Shown: positions 39,664 through 48,326 of the stretch, piece after piece
How the letters are laid out: each line of letters opens with the position of its first letter
Position numbering within the stretch: the stretch's first letter is position 1
Virus record (IMG/VR): IMGVR_UViG_3300032046_000028
Location: 1 to 59,400 of that record
Strand: one strand, 5' to 3'
DNA from: a virus
Taxonomy: Duplodnaviria > Caudoviricetes
Length of the DNA stretch: 59,400 nt
Notes under the pieces: generated by a model
What the model saw: the letters and a program-made list of their open reading frames with translations, nothing else
Databases searched by the model: none
Told to the model about the DNA's origin: nothing
Translations under genes and position numbers: made by a program

Positions 39664-39861
39664 TTAGAAGCTAATTCCTGGAGTTGAATTTACATTTCTA
39701 ACTAGCATATAACTGGCTACAAATCCAAAGATTGAAAGTATCGCTACGGATATTCCTAAAACTGGAAACTGAAGAAGAGTTATCATAACAATTCCTAATA
39801 GCAAAGTAATTGTAAAGAAAGCACTTAGGCCAGCAGCAAAATATTTCAACCCCCTTTCCAT
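39664..39861 (-). CDS. Two-TM membrane protein
   Basis: Hydrophobic; GGAGG SD. Confidence 0.6.
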   Translation of the reverse strand: MERGLKYFAAGLSAFFTITLLLGIVMITLLQFPVLGISVAILSIFGFVASYMLVRNVNSTPGISF

Positions 39862-39981
39862 TTTATGCCTCCACAGCTTCTTCTTTTTTCATCTTTTACA
39901 ACCTCTATCTTAGATAATGCTTAGAAGCTTATAAGATTATCTATTCATGGTTCTGTTAAGTCTTCGTGAGATATAGGAACT

Positions 39982-40419
39982 CTATGAATATGCCTTTGCA
40001 AGTAATTCTAGGTACTCAGGCGTTGCCTTCAAACTATCATTCGTATACGCTGGCAATAACCACCCTGCTGAAACGCCCTCTTTTTGGTACATTCCCCAAT
40101 ATGGCTGTCGAATAACTAAGCCTTGTCGGACCAATCCCCTGAGAGCCCTATTGACACTTGTCCTCGCCGTATGGTAATTGGGTAATGTTTTCAACTTCTC
40201 AAGATGTTCTTGGTATCTCTGGTGAATCTCCTCGCTCATCATATTATGATGGACCCACCTATTGTATCGACGCACTTCAGCTAGATACGCCTCAACCTCT
40301 GGGTGCAGACTCATTATTATCTCCCGAGTAGGCATCCACGGAAATCTTGGTGTCGTTTGACCTCTTTCCTTGAGAAGTTCAAAAACCTTCTTTTGTTGCT
40401 TGCTCAATCCTCTACACAA
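39982..40419 (-). CDS. wHTH-like protein with helical insert
   Basis: LSKQQKKVFELL…SVNRALRGLVRQGLV. Confidence 0.55.
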   Translation of the reverse strand: MCRGLSKQQKKVFELLKERGQTTPRFPWMPTREIIMSLHPEVEAYLAEVRRYNRWVHHNMMSEEIHQRYQEHLEKLKTLPNYHTARTSVNRALRGLVRQGLVIRQPYWGMYQKEGVSAGWLLPAYTNDSLKATPEYLELLAKAYS

Positions 40420-40628
40420 TGTTTAAACTGCCCTAACCGTGATACACTTACGGCATTACTTAAGCCTTCCCATGAAAGGTTATCCCACGTCAAGTTAACA
40501 GAACCATGTTCCATAAGTCTTAAATAGGAACGTTGTACCTCTCTATAAGTTGTATTTATCCGCTGGCGTTCGGTCCGAACGTCAGAACAAAAGTTTTATT
40601 TTTGCCAATTCATTATAGAGGACTCTTA

Positions 40629-41210
40629 ATGTCACAATTATTAGGGCGTGCAGTTGTTCTTATAGACAACGGATACCTCTCGGCAATACTCAGAGATGAG
40701 TTTGGACAAGCAAGAATAGACTATCTGAAACTATCTGAGATAGTGTGTAAAGGTTATCATCGACTTCGAACCTATGTCTATGATTGCTTACCATACCAAG
40801 CTGACCCGCCTACGTTTGAACAACAGCAACTTTATTCTGGCAAAATCAAGTTCTTCAACGCACTCTCCAAATTGCCTTCTTTTGAAATAAGATTTGGGAA
40901 ACAAAGACCTAGAGCTGGCGGCTTTATTCAGAAAGGTGTAGATGTGCTGTTAACGGTTGACTTGACGCGACTTAGTTCTAAGAGTCAAATACAGAAAGCC
41001 TTTCTCATAGCGGGAGATGGTGATTATGTTCCAGCGGTTAAAACAGCGAAAGATGAAGGGGTCTCGATAAAACTGCATTACTCAGGTACTTTTCAGACAA
41101 CGCCAGATGGACATACAATGCCGAAGTATAGTAATGAGCTTTGGCAAAATTGTGATGAGCGAGAGGAAATTAGCATCGCATTGATAGACCAATGCAGATT
41201 CTTACCCTAA
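40629..41210 (+). CDS. NYN-domain (LabA/DUF88) ribonuclease
   Basis: IDNGY, QKGVDV, AGDGDYVP, SNEL…CD. Confidence 0.9.
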   Translation: MSQLLGRAVVLIDNGYLSAILRDEFGQARIDYLKLSEIVCKGYHRLRTYVYDCLPYQADPPTFEQQQLYSGKIKFFNALSKLPSFEIRFGKQRPRAGGFIQKGVDVLLTVDLTRLSSKSQIQKAFLIAGDGDYVPAVKTAKDEGVSIKLHYSGTFQTTPDGHTMPKYSNELWQNCDEREEISIALIDQCRFLP

Positions 41211-41391
41211 GCAATGAGTCATCCCACGACAGTTAACACGTACGCCAATCCCATGAGAAGTTAACAGCACCCTATTCATCAAAAGAAAAAAGAGACTCTA
41301 AAACTTACGTATGTATAAACATGATATTCAACTCTCATTGCTAGCAACTTCTTAAACGGTTTTTTCTTCCTTTAACAAGTTTGACCAATAC

Positions 41392-41694
41392 TTGAAACTA
41401 GGCTTCGTAGCGTTTGCGTTCTTTCTTGTTTTTGCAGGGTTGATTCTGTCTGTTTCTGCACAGCCTCCAAGCTGGCACAACATTGAAACCCAAACCTTCA
41501 GGGTCGGCAGTTTGCATAACAATTATTTCTATACGATTCGTGGGCCATTCACTGAAGACGGACTAGCCTATAATGGACTCATAGTTGTGACAATCAGCTT
41601 CGTAGATCAAACCCCAATATCTTTCACGCTTTCTAATGGTGGACTGTACAGTTTTTCTAGTCAGCATCCTGCTCGAACCCTTTTTCTAGTTTAA
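41392..41694 (+). pseudogene. Secreted-protein N-terminal fragment
   Basis: Signal peptide plus beta-rich start, abrupt end before the next gene. Confidence 0.4.
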
Positions 41695-41715
41695 ACGCTA
41701 CTTAGTTGTTGGTGA

Positions 41716-42648
41716 ATGAAAGTGTTGAAGGGCATAATTAAGAGGTTGGGGAGGGCTTTGCTTCGTAAACCGTTGAATAGGCTTATTGGAAATGTTGAAG
41801 AAGACAAACTCAGGTTCAGAATTGATTCTTTAGAACATAATTTGCAGACTTTAAACTTGCAGAAACTCCACGCATTATACCAGTCTGATGATGTTAGTCA
41901 AAGAACGTTTTTGCAAGATAAAGAATTGAAAGTGTACAGTCAAAACGGAGAAGACGGCTTACTGCTTTACCTGTTCAGCCAAATAGGAAGTACAAACAAA
42001 TCTTTTGTAGAGTTCGGCGTGGAAGATGGAAAAGAATGCAACACGGCTAACTTAAGCATTAATTTTGGGTGGAATGGGTTGCTGATGGATTGTGACTGGA
42101 AACAGGTTGTTAAAGCGAAGCATTACTACAAGAACTTGCCATCGGTTAAGCCTTGCCAAGTTAAGGTTATTCAATGTTTTGTGACGGCCGAAAACATAAA
42201 CAAAGTGTTACTGGATAACGGGATGAAAGGCACTATTGACTTGTTGTCGATTGACATTGACGGAAACGATTACTGGATTTGGAAAGCGATTTCTGCTGTT
42301 GATCCGCGTGTGGTTGTGATTGAATATAATGCCTCGTTAGATGTTGACAAGGCATGGACGGTAGAGTATGATCCTGAATTTGTGCGGTATGAGAAGCATC
42401 GGAGTGGGTGTTATCATGGTGCGTCTTTGAAGGCTTTAGCGAAGCTTGCAGATTCTAAAGGCTATGGCCTCGTTGGTTGCGAAAGTAGTGGTGCAAACGC
42501 CTTCTTTGTCAAGAAGGACTTGTTGCGCAGTTTGCGTAATGTTTCTCTTGAGGATGCTTATTATCCGCATTTTCGACGGTTGAAAAAAGAAAGCACTCGG
42601 CAACAGTTTGAACGTGTTAGACATTTGAATTGGGTAGATGTGGGATGA
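41716..42648 (+). CDS. FkbM-like SAM methyltransferase (surface-glycan type)
   Basis: YSQNGEDG, FVEFG…NT, LSIDIDGNDY, PRVVVIEYN, NAFFV. Confidence 0.85.
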   Translation: MKVLKGIIKRLGRALLRKPLNRLIGNVEEDKLRFRIDSLEHNLQTLNLQKLHALYQSDDVSQRTFLQDKELKVYSQNGEDGLLLYLFSQIGSTNKSFVEFGVEDGKECNTANLSINFGWNGLLMDCDWKQVVKAKHYYKNLPSVKPCQVKVIQCFVTAENINKVLLDNGMKGTIDLLSIDIDGNDYWIWKAISAVDPRVVVIEYNASLDVDKAWTVEYDPEFVRYEKHRSGCYHGASLKALAKLADSKGYGLVGCESSGANAFFVKKDLLRSLRNVSLEDAYYPHFRRLKKESTRQQFERVRHLNWVDVG

Positions 42649-45600
42649 TTTGAAGTTTAAAAAAGCTTTAGGGTTCACAGTCTGCACTCTGGTTTTGCTT
42701 AGTTTTCTAGGGTCGTTGCCCTTCTTTGTTGTGGAGGCTGTTGGTGAAAACTGGCTTACTGGTTATGCTTACCGCAGAAGCCATATAGTCACAAATTCTA
42801 CTGGTGCAGGAACAAACTATCAGGTTCGCATCATTGTCAAGAACGGTACGACGGAAGGCAACTCTACAACTTACGTGACTAACGATACAATAACGGTGAA
42901 CAATAAGGTTAGGGCAGATTTTGGCGATGTAAACTGGACTGATGATGACGGTTCAACCTGTCTTAGTTATTGGAACGAAAGCACTGTCAGTGGCGTAAGC
43001 GCTACTTTCTGGGTTAAAATCAATGATGACTGCAGCAGCGTAAACAACACAATCTATATGTATTATGGAAACTCTTCTATCACAAGCGCATCCAGCATTT
43101 CTAACACGGGCATTTACGGCGACGATTTTCCTTCTGGCTCTTCAGTTTCATGGTCAAATTACAGCAACGTTTTAGCTACTTCCAATGCTACGTATGCGCA
43201 TTCAGGCACTTATTCCATGAAAGTAACTTCAAGCGCATCAGGCGGAGGTTCTACATATCACACATTCACAAATCAAACTGCCAAAGTTTCAATAATGTAT
43301 TATTCTTATGTTACCGCGGCTGGAAACCGCGTTGCTGGCCTTCAAGATTTCACGGGAAGCGTTGACAATTTTTGGGTGGCTCAAGGAAATTCTGCTACGG
43401 ATGTTCATTGGCAAACTTACAGTTTTGCAGGTTGGCTTGAATTTGGACATTACACGCAAAACATATGGAACAAAGTTGAAATCATCCTTGACATAGCAAC
43501 GGATTACTGCCTTAACCTTCTAGTCAACGAAACAAGTTATGCTACAAATGAACAGTTCAAAAATGTTTTGTCTTCCTTGGGAACCTACGTTTTCATGATA
43601 AATACTGCTAGTCAAACACAATATATTGACGATTTCTTCTTACGAAAATATGTCAGCACAGAACCCGCACACGGAGGGTGGGGAACTGAAGAGTCTTCGG
43701 CTGTAGCAACGGTTCCACCTGTGATTCAGGATTTCTGGATTAACAGCACTTGGGCTGGTCAATCATGTCTGTTTTCTTTTAATGTTACAGATTCGATTGC
43801 ATTGGTGAATGCTACTCTGCAAACAAACTGCACTGGCAGTGACAGCAATGGCACTGGTTCTGTGAGTTTAAGTGGAACAGTTGCGTGGGCAAACTTTACC
43901 GTGACCTTGCCAGTTAATCCTTCTGTTGTTCAGTTTCAGTTTTGGGTCTGGAACAACAACAATACGATTTATGCAACTACAGGAGTCAGAATCTTCAGGG
44001 TGTATTCGTTTAATTCTCCTTCCACTATACTTTATTTGAGAAGTGATGAACATACAGTCAATACTGTTAGTGGGTACATTCTAAATTCGACTCAATCGTC
44101 TTCTGGTTGGGATGTGGAAGCGGGCGGAACAACTCCTTGGGCATGGGGCATAAAAGTGTATGCCATTGCTGAAGGAAATCAAGAATTGGTAGCTCTTACA
44201 TCTGGTATAATAGCTAATGTTTCAGCTACTTCTAATGGTTATTACTCAACTTCTGGCTATGTGAACAATTATTCTTTTGCTAATTTTGTGGCTCTTTCAG
44301 TTTGGGTTTACGGAGATTCTGGTGCGGTAGCATATACGGAAAGGGCCAAGTTTATTCTTCCTGCAAGTCCAACGACGCAAAATCTTACCAGCACGAATTG
44401 GAATGTTACTTATAATTTTCAAAACAGCGGGCAAGAACTTTGGTTTGGAAGCTCTGACTATAATACTCGTATCGAGAACGTGTCGTTAAACTATTGGAAT
44501 ACGCCGTTCAATTCTCTGAGTGATGCCATAAATGCTATAGAAAGTGCTAACAGGTGGGGAAGCGTTGAAACATACGCGAGCGTTGTTTTGAATAATGCAC
44601 CCATTTCTACTTTGTCAACAATGATTGACAACTATGCTTTAGGCACAAGTTATAACGAAACGTATGTGTACGCAGACAATACCACAGCTACAGGATGGAC
44701 AAACTCTGGACTTTCATGTGATAATCTGACTACAACAAGTGCTTCTACAAGTTGGAGTTCAGCTGCTCCGACCCATTCTGCATATTTGACTTTGAATTTT
44801 ACAAATACTATTAGAGGAAATAAAATTAACTATTGGGTAACTAGGTCATCAACTACCGTAACTCTGATGTATATTGATATTGCTAATGCCACGGGTTCAT
44901 GGGTGAATGTTTATGGTAGTTCTTTCAGCGTTTCTGCTTATTACAATGTTTCAATTTCGTTAAGCATTTACACCGCAATGAGATTTAGCTTCACTCATAC
45001 AGGCACCTCTAGCAGAACAGCCTATGCTTATGAAATTCGTGCCGTAAACGCTTCTTTCAGTTCCGCAGGTGGTGATTGGGAGAACGCTTTAAAATGGAGT
45101 GTTATTTGTAACAAACTAAATATTACTCGTCAACAGGCGATTAAATATGCTTTAGATAACTTTTCGATGGCTGGCAGTTTGCCGAAGACGGGAAATGATG
45201 GAGCGGATTACTTTTGTTCAGAATATGGCAAATGGGAACTGTATGGTTTTTGGTATGCAAACAATAGTTGGGCAAGTGCGAACATGACCAAATGGAATAT
45301 CACTGCTGCATATAACCAATTCAACACTTCAAATTATAATTTAGGTATGCCCGCTTTCAGAGTATACGCAAATGGAACCGCTATGTCATATTCTAACAGA
45401 TTCTATGATGAAGTCGCATCCACTATAGAGAGTTATGTCATTTTTGATAAACTCCTTAACGTGTCAGGAGCGTTAAATGATGCACTTCATTGGTGGGACT
45501 ATCTTAATGCTAATCATTGGAGCAATAATTACGGTGGTTATTATAGATATAACCTAGTTTGGAACGAACCAGCATTTGAAACGTCAGCAGCTTTCTTTCT

Positions 45601-47437
45601 TAAAATCATTAGCACCTTGAAATATTACTATCCAACTCTAGGAAATTGGAGCCGTATACTAACTGATATTGGCAATAGGTTTCTATCTTCTGAATGGAAC
45701 AGCAAACAATGGATTGATAGTATACACAATTCTACGACTTACTCTGTCATTCATATGAATGCTGGCAATCAACAGCGAAGGTTAGAAAGCACTATAGCAG
45801 CTTGGCAAGCACTCTTTGGCGTATACATGCAACTAAATTCTACGTACCAAAATAACATAAAAGACATGTTAAGTGGCAACGATATGACAGAACCCGCGTG
45901 GGCTTTACTGTTAAGACCAGATACTAACTTCTATAACAATTCAGACAACATATTCAGTTGGTTTTCATATGTCCCAGGAGCTTCCCAGTTCGTGGAAGAT
46001 TACACTGCCACAGCATATGCGGAAATATTGCTATTCATGCAAGGGATAGTGCCAGTTAATACTTCTATTGCTTTTCCACTTGAAGAATTGGGATATTTGT
46101 ATATATATGATGTTGATCCACAAATTTTGCAGTTGCAACTAAATGCTTCTTATCGTATAGTCAATGTGCCTGTAACAAGTTCAGGGGCTCTTACCTTTCT
46201 ATACGGTGAATCGCCAGTAACTTACAATTTTAATCAAAGTGGGGTTTGGACTGTAACTTTTACAGAGTCGTGGAATAATTTTGCAAGTGTGACATACAAA
46301 AACTCTCTTCCAACCAACGTCATATACTTCTCACAAATCTATCCGCCAACAGTAAACGTTTATGGCGTAAACTCTACTCTCCCTGGAAGTTCAGCATTGT
46401 TCTATGTTAGTTGGCAATCAAACGGAGGTTACACACTTTCAGGTTTTAAATTTGGAACAAATAACACGGGAATATGGATTAATCAAACATGGAATAATGA
46501 TGCTGGTTTAGGATGGGGAACAGGTTTTGCTTGGGGAAACATAACCCAAACTCTCAACACTACAGAGGGTGTGGTTATACAATGGCAAGAATGGGCAAAC
46601 GATTCTAGTGGGAACTGGGGTGCAAGCGGATTCTTTAATATTTCAACAATAAAATTGCCTACTTACTCAAACGTTGCCACAAACAGCACCGTATGGGCTA
46701 CGCCTTGCAACTTCAGCATTATCATAAATGACGAAACGCTCCTTCATCCAAACGGACAATACATTTTCGGAAGCAACAACACAGGCATATTCACAAACCA
46801 GACAACCATCAACTTCACATCAACGCCTCAATCGATAAGCATTGTTCAAACTTTAAATTGGACCAACAGCAACGCAACTTCGCCAGAAATTATCCAGTTT
46901 GAATGGTGGTTCTCTGATAATGCACAAAACTGGAATAGTACGGGTCTTCAAACTTTAACACTTTACTGGCCATTATCTGCTGGCTGGAACAACGTAACAC
47001 TCTTTTCCTTTGATGTTGGATTCACTTTAGCAGGAATCAACGCAAGCCTCACCTATGACAGCATTAACTGGGAATATATTGTCTACCAAAATTCATCAGT
47101 CACAGCACAATACGTTTTTTGTTTAACCATGTCATACAACGGCATCGTACCAATCTATCAGACAACAGGAATTCTTCTCATATTCACTGGTGCCGCTGGA
47201 AACTGGACGCATACTTACCCATTTCAAGGCGGCGATTATGGCAGCGACCCAACTCGGTTTGACTTGAATAATGATGGAAAAGTAGACATGAAAGACATTG
47301 CCTTAGAAATCCGACATTTAGGCGCAGTTATTGGCGACTCCAACTATTCTTCTGTATATGATATTTACGTTGACGGCAAAATCAACATGAAAGACTTAGC
47401 AATGTTAATCAAATGTTTTGGACAGTCCTCAGGCTAG
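42638..47437 (+). CDS. 1599-aa secreted surface protein: DUF2341-like N-terminus, C-terminal dockerin
   Basis: Signal/TM; WLTGYAYRR…NYQV…DFGDV…FWVK…YMYYGN; DLNNDGKVDMKDI…DIYVDGKINMKDL; dense N-x-S/T. Confidence 0.8.
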   Translation: MWDDLKFKKALGFTVCTLVLLSFLGSLPFFVVEAVGENWLTGYAYRRSHIVTNSTGAGTNYQVRIIVKNGTTEGNSTTYVTNDTITVNNKVRADFGDVNWTDDDGSTCLSYWNESTVSGVSATFWVKINDDCSSVNNTIYMYYGNSSITSASSISNTGIYGDDFPSGSSVSWSNYSNVLATSNATYAHSGTYSMKVTSSASGGGSTYHTFTNQTAKVSIMYYSYVTAAGNRVAGLQDFTGSVDNFWVAQGNSATDVHWQTYSFAGWLEFGHYTQNIWNKVEIILDIATDYCLNLLVNETSYATNEQFKNVLSSLGTYVFMINTASQTQYIDDFFLRKYVSTEPAHGGWGTEESSAVATVPPVIQDFWINSTWAGQSCLFSFNVTDSIALVNATLQTNCTGSDSNGTGSVSLSGTVAWANFTVTLPVNPSVVQFQFWVWNNNNTIYATTGVRIFRVYSFNSPSTILYLRSDEHTVNTVSGYILNSTQSSSGWDVEAGGTTPWAWGIKVYAIAEGNQELVALTSGIIANVSATSNGYYSTSGYVNNYSFANFVALSVWVYGDSGAVAYTERAKFILPASPTTQNLTSTNWNVTYNFQNSGQELWFGSSDYNTRIENVSLNYWNTPFNSLSDAINAIESANRWGSVETYASVVLNNAPISTLSTMIDNYALGTSYNETYVYADNTTATGWTNSGLSCDNLTTTSASTSWSSAAPTHSAYLTLNFTNTIRGNKINYWVTRSSTTVTLMYIDIANATGSWVNVYGSSFSVSAYYNVSISLSIYTAMRFSFTHTGTSSRTAYAYEIRAVNASFSSAGGDWENALKWSVICNKLNITRQQAIKYALDNFSMAGSLPKTGNDGADYFCSEYGKWELYGFWYANNSWASANMTKWNITAAYNQFNTSNYNLGMPAFRVYANGTAMSYSNRFYDEVASTIESYVIFDKLLNVSGALNDALHWWDYLNANHWSNNYGGYYRYNLVWNEPAFETSAAFFLKIISTLKYYYPTLGNWSRILTDIGNRFLSSEWNSKQWIDSIHNSTTYSVIHMNAGNQQRRLESTIAAWQALFGVYMQLNSTYQNNIKDMLSGNDMTEPAWALLLRPDTNFYNNSDNIFSWFSYVPGASQFVEDYTATAYAEILLFMQGIVPVNTSIAFPLEELGYLYIYDVDPQILQLQLNASYRIVNVPVTSSGALTFLYGESPVTYNFNQSGVWTVTFTESWNNFASVTYKNSLPTNVIYFSQIYPPTVNVYGVNSTLPGSSALFYVSWQSNGGYTLSGFKFGTNNTGIWINQTWNNDAGLGWGTGFAWGNITQTLNTTEGVVIQWQEWANDSSGNWGASGFFNISTIKLPTYSNVATNSTVWATPCNFSIIINDETLLHPNGQYIFGSNNTGIFTNQTTINFTSTPQSISIVQTLNWTNSNATSPEIIQFEWWFSDNAQNWNSTGLQTLTLYWPLSAGWNNVTLFSFDVGFTLAGINASLTYDSINWEYIVYQNSSVTAQYVFCLTMSYNGIVPIYQTTGILLIFTGAAGNWTHTYPFQGGDYGSDPTRFDLNNDGKVDMKDIALEIRHLGAVIGDSNYSSVYDIYVDGKINMKDLAMLIKCFGQSSG

Positions 47438-47449
47438 AAAGGTGAACTG

Positions 47450-48199
47450 ATGGTTCAAGCCTTTCCGTACATCATTAAAGGAATAGTAAAACTAAACGGA
47501 ATTTTACAGTCAACCGTCACCGTCACCATAAAAAACAACACTCAAAATCAGACGGGCACATGGACAACAAATACAGTAGGCGAATACGCGACAAGCCTTT
47601 CTGATCCTGTACAGTTTTCGCTTGGTTACGATGTTGGTCACAACGTTACCGTATCATGCAGTTTCACTTCCAAAACAATAACTGTGCCTGTTGGCGCTGG
47701 AACCACAGTCGGCGGACAAACAGTTGATTTGGTTTCAGTTCAGAAAACATTCGTTGCAGACGGTCAACTGTTAAAAAGGCAAAGCAAACAGTTCACAGCC
47801 GACGCTTTCTTGGAATATATTCTGGCGAAAGGTCTTACAGTAGATGGACACCTGCTGAAACGCATCGTTAAACAGTGTACAGTCGATGCAATTCTTGAAG
47901 CCGCAGGATTCAAAGGATTAGACACTGACGCTTTACTGCTTAAAAGAATCAGTAAAGTCTTCACTGCCGACGCGTTCCTTACACAAGGATACGCTAAAGG
48001 ATTAATCGTTGACGGTTTACTACTTAAACGTCAAACGGCAACATTCGCGGTTGACGCATGGCTAACTACTCCAGTGGTTATCGGTCCTCCTCTGCCTTCT
48101 GCAATGAAGGTTCGTTATAGAAGGGTTGAACCAGAATTAGAACTTGAAGAAATCGCAGTTTCTTTAATAGCAATAATCCGAAGGAATGAACGAAATTGA
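47450..48199 (+). CDS. Putative virion protein with K-x-FTADA-x-L repeats
   Basis: N-terminal Ig-like domain, repeated F/L-T-A/V-D-A/G-x-L units. Confidence 0.55.
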   Translation: MVQAFPYIIKGIVKLNGILQSTVTVTIKNNTQNQTGTWTTNTVGEYATSLSDPVQFSLGYDVGHNVTVSCSFTSKTITVPVGAGTTVGGQTVDLVSVQKTFVADGQLLKRQSKQFTADAFLEYILAKGLTVDGHLLKRIVKQCTVDAILEAAGFKGLDTDALLLKRISKVFTADAFLTQGYAKGLIVDGLLLKRQTATFAVDAWLTTPVVIGPPLPSAMKVRYRRVEPELELEEIAVSLIAIIRRNERN

Positions 48200-48326
48200 A
48201 AAAACTTGTTTTTGCTGAAAGAATCAGTTTCCATGACAAAGGAGCAAAACAAACATGCCCACATATTTAAAACCAGAATTTCTTTGGGACGGCACAATCC
48301 AGAAAATACTCAAAGAGGAATGAATA

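Larger units (their letters stand above)
39946..41271. repeat. Four dispersed copies of ATCYCAYG-N4-5-TTAACA (recombination/operator-like sites)
   Basis: 39946-72 (reverse), 40482-508, 41221-40, 41248-71; first two are 22/27 identical. Confidence 0.65.

Noticed and set aside
39946-41271. Integron attC sites
   Set aside because: No RYYYAAC…GTTRRRY palindromic hairpins, and no integron-integrase features recognised in the integrase
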